Part shown: positions 45,006 through 56,003 of the stretch, in pieces
Position numbering within the stretch: position 1 is the first letter of the stretch
Layout: each line of letters opens with the position of its first letter
NCBI GenBank assembly: GCA_013416795.1
Contig: RQSC01000008.1
Location: 8,767 to 72,766 of the forward strand
Direction: 5' to 3'
Length of the DNA stretch: 64,000 bases
Source: Prasinococcaceae sp. CCMP 1430
Taxonomy: Eukaryota > Plantae > Prasinodermophyta
The notes under the pieces: model-generated
Databases searched by the model: none
What the model was told of the DNA's origin: nothing
Seen by the model: only the letters and a program-made list of their open reading frames with translations
Made by a program: the position numbers and the translations under genes

Positions 45006-47285
45006 ATGGCGGCCGCGCGCTCGTCGGCGGCATCGACTTTGGCGCGGACGCGGCCGTCGCGGCCTTGGGCGAGCGCGCGGCCAGCGCGTTCGGCGCCAAG
45101 CTCGTGCCAAACGAGGTCAGCGGGCTGTCGTCGCCGGCGGTGGTCACCTACGGCGCCGCCGAGCGCGCCATCGGCGAGGCGGGCAAGCAGGCCGCGCGCA
45201 TCAACGCGGCGGGCGCCGTCAGCGCGCTGCCGCTGCTGCTCGCCGGCGCGGACCTCTCCGCGGAGCCGTCGCTGGCGTTCGACATCGAAGCGGTGCCGTA
45301 CGCGGGCGGCAGCGAGGCCCTGAGCGCACCGCAGGTCGCCGGAGCGATGCTCGGCGCGATGCGGCGCCACGCCGAGGCCGCCGCGGAGGGCGCGCCCATC
45401 ACGCGCTGGGTGCTCGCGGCGCCGCCGGCCATCAGAAAGGAGGGCTTCGCCGCCCTGCTGGACGCGGCGGTCGTGGGCGGGCTCGCCGACGGCGACGCGG
45501 AGCGCATCGACGTCGTCGACAGTCTGGACGCCGCGGCGTCGGGTACGATGGCGCGAGCGCGGGGGATACGCCCGCGCACGCCCCGCACGGCCCCTGTGCC
45601 GGCGCACCGCCTGCTGCGCGCTGCGCTGACCGACCCTCGCGCCGCCCTGGGCGATCCTGCCACTCCGCCGCCTGCGCTCAGTGTACGCGCCCACCCACCG
45701 CCCAAAAGACCCCTCGTCAGGACCATCGCGCGTGCTCATCGTCGACGTGGGCTACGCATTCACGAGCGCGGGCGTGTACGAGCTGCCCGCCGAGGGCGTG
45801 CCGACGCGCTTGTCGCTGGCGCACGACTCGGTCGGCGCGCGCGATCTCGACCGAATCCTGTGGGAGCACTGCGCGGCCGAGCTGCAGGCCAAGCACGGCA
45901 CGCGCGTGGCACCACGCACGAAACCCGCGCGCCGTCTGATGGAGGAGGTGGTCAAGTGCAAGAAGATTCTGAGCACCATCGCGAGCTGCTCGCTGGAACT
46001 CGAGTGCTTCGGCGAGGAGGAGCGGGACATACGGCTCGGCCTCACTCGCGCACAGTTCGAGGAGATGGCGGAAACGCACGTGGAGCGCGTGGCCGCTGTC
46101 GTGCGGCGCGCGGTGGCCGAAGCGGGCGCGTGCGCGCCCGCGGAGGAGCTGCGCGCGGTTGAAGGCATCGGCGGCGCAACGCGCATTCCGTGCGTGGTGG
46201 CCGCCGTCTGTGCCGCGGCGGGCGGTGGCACCGAGACGCTGGGGCGCATGCTCGACAGCGCGAGCTGCATCGCGCAGGGCGCCGTCTTCATCGCGCAGGC
46301 GGACCCTGCCGATCGGCCTTTCGCGCCGGCCAAGGAGGCGCCGGTGGTGCGCCTCGGCTGCACGAAGGATGCGCGCGCGGCTTTGCGAACGCACGCGTCG
46401 CGTGCGGCGGACGACCGCATGGCCGCGTGGGTGATGCGCGAAGGCGAGATGCGCGCCGCCGATGAGGCAGCCGCGGCGCGCGGGGAGGCCTTCAACGCGC
46501 TCGAGGCCTACTTGCTGGAGACCAAGGGCGCGATCGCCAGCAGTTCGCATGGCGCCAAGCTCGAGCCGGCGCGCGCGTCCCTCGACGCGGGGGAGGACTG
46601 GCTGTACTCGGACGAGGCGGAGGTCGCCGACACCGCCGCGCTGGAGGCCAGGCTGACCGAAACGCGGGCGTCCGTCGAGGCGATGTGCCCAGAGTACTTC
46701 GCCGCGGTTGCCGAGGAGAAGGCGGCGCTCGAGGCTGAGCTCGCGAAGGAGGCCGAGGCCGAGGCAGCGCGCGTCGCCGTTGAGGGCAAGGATGACCACG
46801 ATATGCGCAAGCTCAAGTTCCCCGACCGCATGAAGAAGGTGATGCTCAACAAGGAGGAGGGCACGAGCATGTTCAAGGACGGCAACCTGGGCGCAGCGGT
46901 CGAGCGCTGGGGGCGCGCGCTCACGCACTGCGGCAAGTTCGTGGACATGTCGCCCGAACAAACCGCCGAGGTCCGCGCCGTGGAGCTGTCGCTTCACCTC
47001 AACACCGCCATGGCGCACCTCAAGCTTGGCGGCGAAGTGTCGCTCAAGCGGTGCGAGGAGGCCGCCACCGCCGCGCTCGCCATCGACGCAAGCAACGCGA
47101 AGGCCCTCTACAGGCGCGCTGCAGCACGCGAGAAGTGCGGCAAGTTTGCTGACGCGAGGGCAGATCTGCAGGCGCACCCCGAGCAGGGAGACAGCGCAGT
47201 GGCGGCGCTCGCCAAGCGCGTCGAAGCACAGATAGCGCGCCAGAAGAAGAAGGAGGCCGCCATGGCGCGCAAGATGTTCGGGTGA
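45006..47285 (+). CDS. Hsp70/Hsp110-like NBD fused to C-terminal TPR domain (intron about 45543-45681; start frame anomalous)
   Basis: VGGIDFG, PNEVSGLSSPAVVTYG, VLIVDVG, GGATRIP, NALEAYLLE...WLYSDE, then TPR KEEGTSMFK...NTAMAHLKL...KALYRRA. Confidence 0.78.
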
Positions 47286-47968
47286 GCGGCGGGGGAATCG
47301 CCCCCAGTCGCGTGGGCCCTCCACGCGCGCCCGAACGACGAGCCAGAAAAAAGGGCGCGACGCTTCGAATTAGAATTGGGCCGTCCGTTACAGTAATATC
47401 TTCCTTCAACTTCAATTTTTGCGATTCGCGCCCTGGATTGCTGGAATTGCGCACGTGGCCGCGCCCTGTCTGTGCATGCCAAACCTCGGGATGTGTTTCG
47501 CTGAATTCAGATTTTTGGTTGATCGCAAAGGGGTGGGTGGGCGGGTGGGCGAGCGCCGCGTGGTGTCGCGAGCAGCAGAACCTGTGCGGCCCGCCGCGCG
47601 CGCGCGCGCGCCGCCCCCGCCCCCCGAAACGCCCCCCAAATGCCCGTGGGGGAACGACCCGCGATTTCGCACCCGAAAACGGTCCCCGATGCGAATTCGA
47701 GGACCCGTTTTGCCGCCCGCGGCGCGAAAAAAAAAAAACCGGCCTTCGAAGGTTGGTTTGGTTGCGAGTTGCAACAACTTTTTGGTTGGTTGGTTGGTTG
47801 GTCGGTTGGGAGGCGTCCTTTCTTTTTTTTCGCTTTCGCCGCGTTTCGTTTCTCGCGCCGATTGGTGGCGTCGGCTCGTCGCGGGAATATCTGCGCGCGA
47901 CCGCGACCGTCGCCCGCGCCGGCGTCCGCGTCGCCCCGCGCGCGCGCGCGCGCGCGCGCGAAAAATAA

Positions 47969-47976
47969 AAACCCTA
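47969..47976 (+). promoter_or_regulatory. Telo-box AAACCCTA upstream of the Pro-rich gene, with TATATA near 48013
   Basis: Exact plant telo-box motif in an intergenic region; another TAGGGTTT near 61697. Confidence 0.4.
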
Positions 47977-48276
47977 AAAGGCGGGATAAAGGTGGAGCGC
48001 AACAATTGAATTTATATATGTAACGCGCGGTACGACTACGCGAAATCTTGGATATCCGCATATCCGCGCGCGCGCGCGGGCGGCGGTTGGTCTGCGTGCG
48101 CGCGGGGGGCGGCGGAGCAGGACTGACGGGCCAGGACTCTGAGGCGGGCGGAGGGGGGGGCGATAGGTGCGCCAAACCGCCACAGCGCGCGGCGCGCGCG
48201 CTTCCCTCGCGCAGCCTCCCCCCCCTTCTTGCGGAGCCACCGGGCGGCGTCCCCGTCGTACGTGCAGCCAGCGGCT

Positions 48277-50166
48277 ATGCGCGTAGCCGCAGCCGCGGCC
48301 GTGGCGGCAGTCGCCGCGGCCGCCGCGCTCGCCGCGCGCCCGACGCACGCCAACACGGAGACCGAGCGCTTCACGTTCAGCGAGACGTATGGCTTCGGCG
48401 AGTGCTGCGTCTCCATCCACGTGGGCGAGCCGGTGGTGGAATTCACCGTCGTGGCCGACAAGACGGCGTACATGACGCAAGTCGACGACCCCGAGACGCT
48501 CTCATGGACTGGCTTCAAGGCGAAGGCCATCAAGGAGGCGGGCGACAACCTGCGTACCACGACGGCAGATCTTTTGACCGAATCTGGCGCCTCCGAGTTC
48601 TTCTCCGTGTGCCCCGTCTTTGAGCCGGTGTGCACGTGTGAGGCATGTCCGCCGCCGCCCAGCCCAGCGCCGCCGCCAAGTCCGTCGCCGCCGCCGCCGC
48701 CGCCGAGCCCACCGCCGAGCCCGCCACCGAGCCCGCCACCGCCGAGCCTACCGCCGTCTCCGCCGCCGAGCCCGCCGCCGAGCCCGCCACCGCCGAGCCT
48801 GCCCCCCTCTTTCTCCCTCCAAGCTCGCGATGGAGCTCCGCCGTCGCGCTCGCGCCCGCGCCGCCGTCAATGCCATGCCCGCATCCGGCGACGATGCAGC
48901 GTGCGCGCCGCCGCCCGCCTCGCGGCGAGCGGGCACGCGAGCGTGCGCTGCTGCCGCGCACTTCCTCGCGTTNAGAGCCCACCACCGCCGTCGAGCCCGC
49001 CGCCGAGCCCGCCGCCGCCGAACCCTCCGCCGCCGAGCCCTCCGCCACCGAGCCCGCCGCCGAGCCCTCCTCCGCCGCCTCCGCCGCCACTCTGCTTCGA
49101 CCGCCGCGTGCACAGCCACTCGTGCGGCACGAACTGCGGCGTCTGCCAGCCCGCGTTCAGGGTGACCGTGCAGATGGGCACGGCCGACACGCGGCACGCG
49201 CGCGAGCTCGCCGCCAAGCTCACGGGCGCGGGCGCCTCGGCCCTGTTCGAGGATGTGACCAGCAAGGCGAACCTCACAGTTTCGCCCGAGAACGTCATGG
49301 GCTCCGCGCTGCGCGACAAGTCCGCCGGTGGGCCCAGCGCCGGCGGTGAGGTCATCGTCGTCGATGTGCCGCTGACCTTCACGGGCGCGGAGGTGACCGC
49401 AGCGTCGGCGCGCATCGTGAGCAACACCGCCGCCGACTTCCTCGGGCTCGACAGGGCCGATGTGTCGCCCAAGGTCACGAGCGCAAGAAGCGTCGATCTC
49501 ATCGTCACCGTGCGCGTCGACGACATCATCGACAGCTGGGCATCGAGCTCAGACACGGCGGCGTGGACGCTTGGCCACACGGTCGAGACAGGTGACCTCG
49601 AGGACCTCGAGCGCCCCGTCGTGTCCGCCGAGCACGCCAGCACGCCCGCCGAGGTGCTGCATAGGGCCGTCCTTGGCCTTGACACCGAGTGCGGCCAGAA
49701 AATGATCTCGGGCGAGGATGACGAAGTGCCTGTGTGCGACGACGCCGTGGCGACCGCCCTCACGACGATCATGGGCTCAATCAACGCCCGTGCGGAGCTG
49801 AGCTCGTCGATCGGCGCGACGAAGTTGACGGCGGGCGACGGCGAGGTCACCGAGCACACGTACGACGGCGAAGATATCCTCGCCGATGACATCGACGAGA
49901 CGGAGATCAGCCTGGCGGTCGTAGCTGCTGCGGCATTCGCCGGCCTCGTCGCCCTGACATTCGTACTCTACAAGACCAACAAGCGCTTCAAGATTGCCAC
50001 GCTCAAGGCCGCCAAACACAGCGGCCTGGTGAGGAACCTGACCATGAAGATCGAGCAGCTCGAGAATCCCGAGCGGGTCGAGAATCCCGTGGGTGGCGGC
50101 GCAGAGGGCGCGCCGCAAGGGGAGGCGCAGGCGCCTCGCCGCAACAAGTTCCTCGGGATCTTCTGA
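48277..50166 (+). CDS. Extensin/pherophorin-like SPPPP-rich surface protein with TM anchor (contains a suspect segment ending in N)
   Basis: Signal peptide MRVAAAAAVAAVAAAAALAA, (SPPPP)n, Cys cluster, TM ISLAVVAAAAFAGLVALTFVLY. Confidence 0.7.
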   Translation: MRVAAAAAVAAVAAAAALAARPTHANTETERFTFSETYGFGECCVSIHVGEPVVEFTVVADKTAYMTQVDDPETLSWTGFKAKAIKEAGDNLRTTTADLLTESGASEFFSVCPVFEPVCTCEACPPPPSPAPPPSPSPPPPPPSPPPSPPPSPPPPSLPPSPPPSPPPSPPPPSLPPSFSLQARDGAPPSRSRPRRRQCHARIRRRCSVRAAARLAASGHASVRCCRALPRVXSPPPPSSPPPSPPPPNPPPPSPPPPSPPPSPPPPPPPPLCFDRRVHSHSCGTNCGVCQPAFRVTVQMGTADTRHARELAAKLTGAGASALFEDVTSKANLTVSPENVMGSALRDKSAGGPSAGGEVIVVDVPLTFTGAEVTAASARIVSNTAADFLGLDRADVSPKVTSARSVDLIVTVRVDDIIDSWASSSDTAAWTLGHTVETGDLEDLERPVVSAEHASTPAEVLHRAVLGLDTECGQKMISGEDDEVPVCDDAVATALTTIMGSINARAELSSSIGATKLTAGDGEVTEHTYDGEDILADDIDETEISLAVVAAAAFAGLVALTFVLYKTNKRFKIATLKAAKHSGLVRNLTMKIEQLENPERVENPVGGGAEGAPQGEAQAPRRNKFLGIF

Positions 50167-50635
50167 GCCCTGCGTTCCAATTCTGCGGCGTTCCTACACC
50201 GCCCCAGGCGCCGCCCACAGGGCAGCGCTGCGTTTGGCTAAGCGGCTTCACATGCCTTAGATTACGATGGACCTCGCGAGGCGCCTGCGCTTGCGACGCC
50301 TGTGCTTGCGAATGTTTCCCTCCGTGGAAGACACCATCTCCGAAGTGCGTAAATGCCATGATCCTATGTAATCGCTCCGTACACACACACGACCGCCCAA
50401 GGTGAGAGGCCCAACCAGGCCGTAAAGGTCTAGCCGGCAGTACCTAGACGCGCAGAACCGCCGGCAGAGGGGGGAGCGCATGCGCGCGCGCTAGGTGCCA
50501 CTCGGTATCGCAAACAGCACCAGCCATCCCCCGCCCTCCCCGGCGACGCTCGGCTCGCATTCGCGGGCAGGCATGCCACGGCGAGGCTGGGTGGGGCGAC
50601 AGGCAGTCTTGCTCGAGCCCTGCAGGGGCTTAGGG

Positions 50636-50990
50636 TTAAGGTTGTAGGGTTAACCCAGTAAACCCTACCCCAACCTGAATGGGCCTCTCATTGGAGGGCG
50701 TAGGCATGACAACCGCAAATTGGTTCGGCCGCTGTTCATCGACGAAGACATGGAGCCAAACTTCGCCGTGTACTTCGGGTGTGGAGTGGAAGGAGAAGAG
50801 GTCGTAGCTCATGTACTGTAGGGGCCTGGTCGGGTTCACCCGGGAAGTGACATGCGGTCCTGTGCCGATGGCAGCACATTTGTTATTGGACTGAGCGCAG
50901 ATGCGGCAGTGGATGGTCTCGGAACTGTCGAACTGCACGTTGAGGGTATGCTCCTGCCTTGTTGGATGAACGTTCTGAAATGATTCCAGT
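50636..50990 (-). mobile_element. Ty1/copia-like integrase fragment
   Basis: CRIC...K then PLQYMSYDLF...GEVWLHVFVDE, resembling the copia Zn-finger end and first catalytic Asp region. Confidence 0.55.
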
Positions 50991-51263
50991 CGTCATCGGC
51001 AGGAGTGCTGGCCATGGCGAAAAGGAACAGCAGTTGGCGGCAAAGGGTGCGATTACAGTATGGGCCCAGGCGCAGGTGCGCCGTGGGTACGACCCAGCGC
51101 GCCGCTGGCGCTACTGACAGCCGCTCGCGCGAGCCTCGCGCGTGTCACTCACGCCCTGCCTCTTTGCGAGTGGTTTGTGTGTGCTTCCCCCTTCAAACAC
51201 GTGCCTCAAGCGCGCGGCGCGCGCGCTGCCGCGCACGCAAGCACACACATTCGCGTGCCCACA

Positions 51264-51690
51264 TCGCACGCCGCATTTTTATGCAGTGCTGTCGCACGCG
51301 TGCGCAGCTAGCGTGTGCAGCACAAGGCGACACCCTGCCGCGCTCGCATGCGCCACACGATCGATGCGACACGCCACCGCACGCGGCCGCTGTGCTACGC
51401 GCGCACCGCAGCGCAAGAAAATGCCTGCACGCGCGCCAATCGCACGCCGCATTTTTATGCCGCGCTGTTGCACGCGCGCGCAGCTGGCGTGTGCAGCACA
51501 AGGCCACGCCCTTCCGCGCGAGCGTGCGCCACACCATCGATGCGACGTGCCACCGCGCGCGGCCGCCGTGCTATGCGCGCTCTGCAGCGCAAGAAACCGC
51601 CTGCACATGCGCCAAGACGCCTGCGCGCGGCCGCTGTATTATGCGCGCTCTGCAGCGCAAGAAAATGCCTGCACACGCGCCAAGACGTCT
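51264..51690. repeat. Diverged tandem repeat, about 176-bp unit (2 copies plus partial)
   Basis: TCGCACGCCGCATTTTTATGC at 51264 and 51440; shared GCAGCGCAAGAAA downstream. Confidence 0.8.
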
Positions 51691-51813
51691 GCGCCGCTCC
51701 CGTGCGTGCCTCTATCGCATGGACGCCGCAGATAATCTTATTGCACACGCGGCGCGCACGTCAATGCGCCGACACAAGCGGATGGCCTCTACGAAGAAGC
51801 AACGCCGCATAAG

Positions 51814-51962
51814 CTCGGACGCCCTCGCTCCGCAGCACAAAAGTCTCGGACGTCCTAACTCCGCAGCAACGAAGTCTCGGACGCCCCTGCTCCGCAGTAT
51901 ACAAGACTCGGACGCCCTGGCTCTGCAGCACCAAAGTCTCGGACACCACCGCTCCGCAGCAC
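51814..51962. repeat. About 30-bp minisatellite (CTCGGACGCCC..CTCCGCAGCAC.AAGT) x5
   Basis: Directly visible. Confidence 0.8.
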
Positions 51963-51991
51963 TCTGACAGTTTCCAAACAACTCGTCCTAA

Positions 51992-52170
51992 CACACAGCA
52001 CAGTAAGACCCGCACGGGCATTGTTCGTCGTGACCTCACACACAGCACAGTAAGACCCGCACGGGCATTGTTCGTCGTGATCTCTCATGCACAACACAGT
52101 AAGACCCCACGGGCATTGTTCGTGTTCTCTCACGCACAGCACAGTAAGACCCGCACGGGCATTGTTCGTG
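51992..52170. repeat. About 45-50 bp minisatellite CACAGCACAGTAAGACCCGCACGGGCATTGTTCGT x4
   Basis: Directly visible. Confidence 0.85.
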
Positions 52171-53239
52171 GTCACACAGCAACCAATCAAGGCCATCGTT
52201 CCACAGAGGTCAGAGAAAAGACAAGATTTTTCGCCGCATGAGAAACTTCTTGTCGACACGCCTCGGATGCGCCTCGAGCTACAATCCCTGCAGGCCCTCG
52301 TGCAAGTTGTGCACAGCGCCAAATCAACACGCGCCCGCCGCGTGCTGCCAAGATACTGCCAAAACGCCTACCTGAGCGTAGTCAACACCACTGCGTATAC
52401 GTCTCGCACCTCTACAACGTCTAACACAGACAAAAATCTCACAGCTCTTCCTTCGCGGACCACACCCACGGATCCACCCCCCCTTTGCAGTCATCCGCGA
52501 GGGGGAGAGGGAGAGAGAGCAGCGAGGTCAGAGAGACGACAAGAGAGGATCACACACGGCAGAGAGAGGACAGCGAGAGAACATCGGACGATCAGCGTAC
52601 CCAATGTACATGCAACCGGCACAAGACCCCACAGCAGCTCTTCAATAACAGAACCCATGCAGCTAAGGATCGGTCCACCATCTTCCGGACCTCGAACTTC
52701 GGCAAGGCACGTACTCGATGCAACGATCACTCGAACCTCAACCAACGCAATGCCTGCATACATGCCGTCGTCCTCAGTCCAGGGACCGGATTATCCACGA
52801 CTCCTCAAACGTCGAAATCGTGACCGTGACCACATCCTACTTCCTTTCAGCGCATGCGAGTTCTGCTTGTGCCTCTCTCATCATGTCGTTGCTTCGATCA
52901 ACTTATCGTTTCTCTCTGCACGTACCAGTACTGCTCCCACATCTCTGCTCATCGCGACACATCGGACGAGCCACCCTGACACCACTACGACCTCAGGCCA
53001 TGACACACATGCGTCTCTTCGACCACACAAGCCCCACTGCGGCATTGTCGAGCGCTTCATCATGTGCCATCGCCTACGTACGACTCCGTCAGGCATCCCT
53101 ATGGTTCTCGCCCAGGCAACACGCAGTATTCTTCAGGCAGACCATCCATTGCACAAGTCTTTTTCCCGTGTTTTTTTCAGACGACGTGCAAACGCTACCC
53201 CCGTACAAGCACAGCCCCTACGCCAACACGAAGGCGGCT

Positions 53240-54656
53240 GACAACTCTGGACATACGGACCACATAGTCCACCCCGACTTCCACGGCCCACACATGCACA
53301 ATATCGCTTGCATCGTGTACGTGCGTCTGACATTTTTCCCCCAGTGGTTTTAGTAGTGTAGGGTGCGATTACAATACGAGAAGACGCAAGCGCAAGGTTG
53401 CGTAGCGCGCGTGTGTAAGATCTAGGTGCATGTGTGAGAGCGAGCTATCCACCCGCAGCGCGGCTGCGAGAGCAGCGCCTTGGGCGGTCGTGTGTGTGAA
53501 CGCCGCACGCGCGGAGCACGCATGCCGACGATGAACTGTGCAGGCCGTCGGCAAGGACTCGAAGGACCTTAGGCCGTCGGCAAGGACCCGAAGGACCTTG
53601 TCCGTCGGCCAGCGGCTTGGGTTTGTGGTTTTTGTCAACGCTGCTCCATCCTGCGTCTGATTTTTCTCCCAAGTGGTTTTGTCAGCGCTACCCTTCACAA
53701 CTCTTCACCGACACAGCGGGCGCTGCCCTGTACGAGGCCCTGCAGACCATGCTCAACACCGACCACGACACCAAAGCTCCACCGTTCCCAGCCAATGCCG
53801 ACCCAGCTTCCATGTCAATCCCGGCGGACGTCTGCCAGAACATCCTGCAGAAAGCCGTCGACGGACTCATCAAGAACGAGCTCCTCACCCTCTCCAACGT
53901 CACAACGGAGGACCTCGTTCGCCTCAGCTCCGTCTTGCACAAGGACAACTGCATGTATCGCACGTTCAAGCACCCTGTCTACAGACACCGCTTCGCCTCC
54001 CCACAAGACCCGCTCATGCCTCGCATCACCGAGCGCGGCTACTGCATGGCCTGGTGTCGTCGCTTCGGGCTGCAGTCGAGCGAGCAGAGAGGCCTGCGGG
54101 GTGTGCGAGGGAGCACGGTGAGACGTCGTCCGTAGTTGCCGCGGGTGCGGTGCCAGACGAACAGCTGTCGTCCCCTCGCGTGGATGGCGGACAACCGCCT
54201 CGTGCGCAACTTCGCGAAGGTCGCTCGCCGCACCGGCTACCACGTGCACACCAACGGCCCCAGCTCCACCAACTCGTTCGAGTACTCGTTCGGTACTGAC
54301 GAAAATGGCCAGCCCACTGACCTGCGCTCGGACCTAGTCATCACCGACACCAACAATGGCAACAGACACTGCCTCGACGTCACCTTCACGGATCCGTCCG
54401 CCAAGATCAACATGGCAGGCGCGAACCCGTCCACAGCGGCGGGCCTGGAGCGCCTCTACAAGGTTCACTGCCAGAAGTACGCGAAGATCTGCTCGCACCA
54501 CGGCATCCAGTTCCACACGCTGGCGTTCGACACCCTGGGCCGGGCGCACAGGTCCTCCAGAAGTGCCATCGAGCACCTCTTCACCCACAGGGTCACGGCG
54601 ACAAACCCAAGCCGCTGGCCGACGGACAAGGTCCTTCGGGTCCTTGCCGACGGCCT
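53240..54656 (+). pseudogene. Decayed non-LTR retrotransposon ORF C-terminus with restriction-like endonuclease (CRE/R2-group-like)
   Basis: DLVRLSS...WCRRFGL, then RSDLVITD...LDVTFTDP...QKYAKIC...FHTLAFDTLG, typical of PD-(D/E)xK RLE domains; frameshifts and insertion present; no RT YxDD seen. Confidence 0.7.
53351..53658 (-). mobile_element. About 280-300 bp non-autonomous (SINE-like) unit, copy A
   Basis: Near-perfect inverted copy of 54657-54933; flanked by imperfect direct repeat CGTCTGA-TTTTT-CCC-AGTGGTTT. Confidence 0.75.
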
Positions 54657-54988
54657 AGACGCAGGATGGAGCAGCGTTGACAAAAACCACAAACCCAAGC
54701 CGCTGGCCGACGGACAAGGTCCTTCGGGTCCTTGCCGACGGCCTGCACAGTTCATCGTCGGCATGCGTGCTCCGCGCGTGCGGCGTGCACACACACGACC
54801 GCCCAAGGCGCAGCTCTCGCAGCCGCGCTACGGGTGGATAGCTCGCTCTCACACATGCACCTAGATCTTACACACGCGCGCTACGCAACCTTGCGCTTGC
54901 GTCTTCTCGTATTGTAATCGCACCCTACACTACAGCTACGCAACCTTGCGCTTGCGTCTTCTCGTATTGTAATCGCACCCTACACTAC
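54657..54988 (+). mobile_element. SINE-like unit copy B (54657-54933) plus tandem 54-bp 3' end (54935-54988)
   Basis: Head AGACGCAGGATGGAGCAGCGTTG, tail GTATTGTAATCGCACCCTACACTAC. Confidence 0.75.
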
Positions 54989-55024
54989 CTCTCGACGCTC
55001 GTCCTGGACAAGCTCCACGCCAGG

Positions 55025-56003
55025 ATGCCCAACACTCCCACCCTGGACATGGCCACCAGGCACGACCTGTTCGCCGCACTCCAGGCGATCGCCGCACAGC
55101 TGCGTCCTCCGGCGCGCCCACGGCGCTCTCCACATCGTCAGGGAACCCCACCAGTAGCGCCAAGGCCACCCCCAGCCGCACAGGGTGCGTTCACTCCGGT
55201 GCCAACACCGACCGCCGCCGTCGCCGCCATGGCCGACGCTCCGGCCGCCGACGCAGGCGCCCCCGAAGCAGAGGACCACGACTCCGACGACATCCACTTC
55301 CTGCCCGAAGCCGACCTCGCCGCCGTCGACTCCCGCCCGCTGCATACAAATTACAGCGGGTGTCACGGCTGCGGCTCCAAGAAGCACCGCTGGCGCGACT
55401 GCCCTCTGAACGACGGCACGCTCACCCTCCAGCAGGCCAAGCGCCGCTTCCAGCAGTCGGTCGCTGCAATGTCGCACACCGCTCTGCCCGAGCACACCGC
55501 TCCGCCAGAGCCGACCGACGCCTGACTACGCTCGGGCGAGCCAGTAGTCAGTAGTCCCCCTAGCGAACCCACCGCCGTCCGGCTGGCTGCAGTGGGTAAG
55601 ACCCTCCCCACCTTCTACGCTGCACTCAACGACCGGCGCGTCACCGTGCTGGCCGATACGGGCGCCAGCCTTAGCTTCATCTCCAAGACCAAGGCGCAGG
55701 AGTTGGGTCTGACGACTGACGTGTGCCCACCCATCCAGGTGGTGCACAGCAACCAGTCCACGGAGCGCTCAACCAAGCTGGTCCGAGCTGCACACCTCAA
55801 GCTGGGCCCTGGCTGGGGCGCGCCCATCGACCTGCACGTGCTCGACCACCTGGGCCCACACCAGCAGATCATCATGGGCCAGTCGTTCATGCGCCCCCGG
55901 AACGCGCACCTGAAGATGAATCGCGATGGCACGACCTGCCTGGAGATGACGCTCGGCCCACGCCGCGTCGAACTCGTGGCCGACGTGCCCAACGAGACAT
56001 ACC
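55025..56003 (+). mobile_element. Ty3/gypsy gag (CCHC knuckle) and aspartic protease fragment
   Basis: CHGCGSKKHRWRDC (CX2CX4HX4C); VLADTGASLSFIS and IIMGQSFM retropepsin motifs. Confidence 0.85.

Noticed and set aside
51005-53241. ORFs 51005-51967 and 52087-53241 as real genes
   Set aside because: They translate tandem repeats and decayed element sequence; no domain motifs recognised.
53520-53610. Hammerhead ribozyme in the repeated element (as in Penelope pLTRs)
   Set aside because: Canonical CUGANGA...GAAA core not found by eye; no GIY-YIG motif seen.
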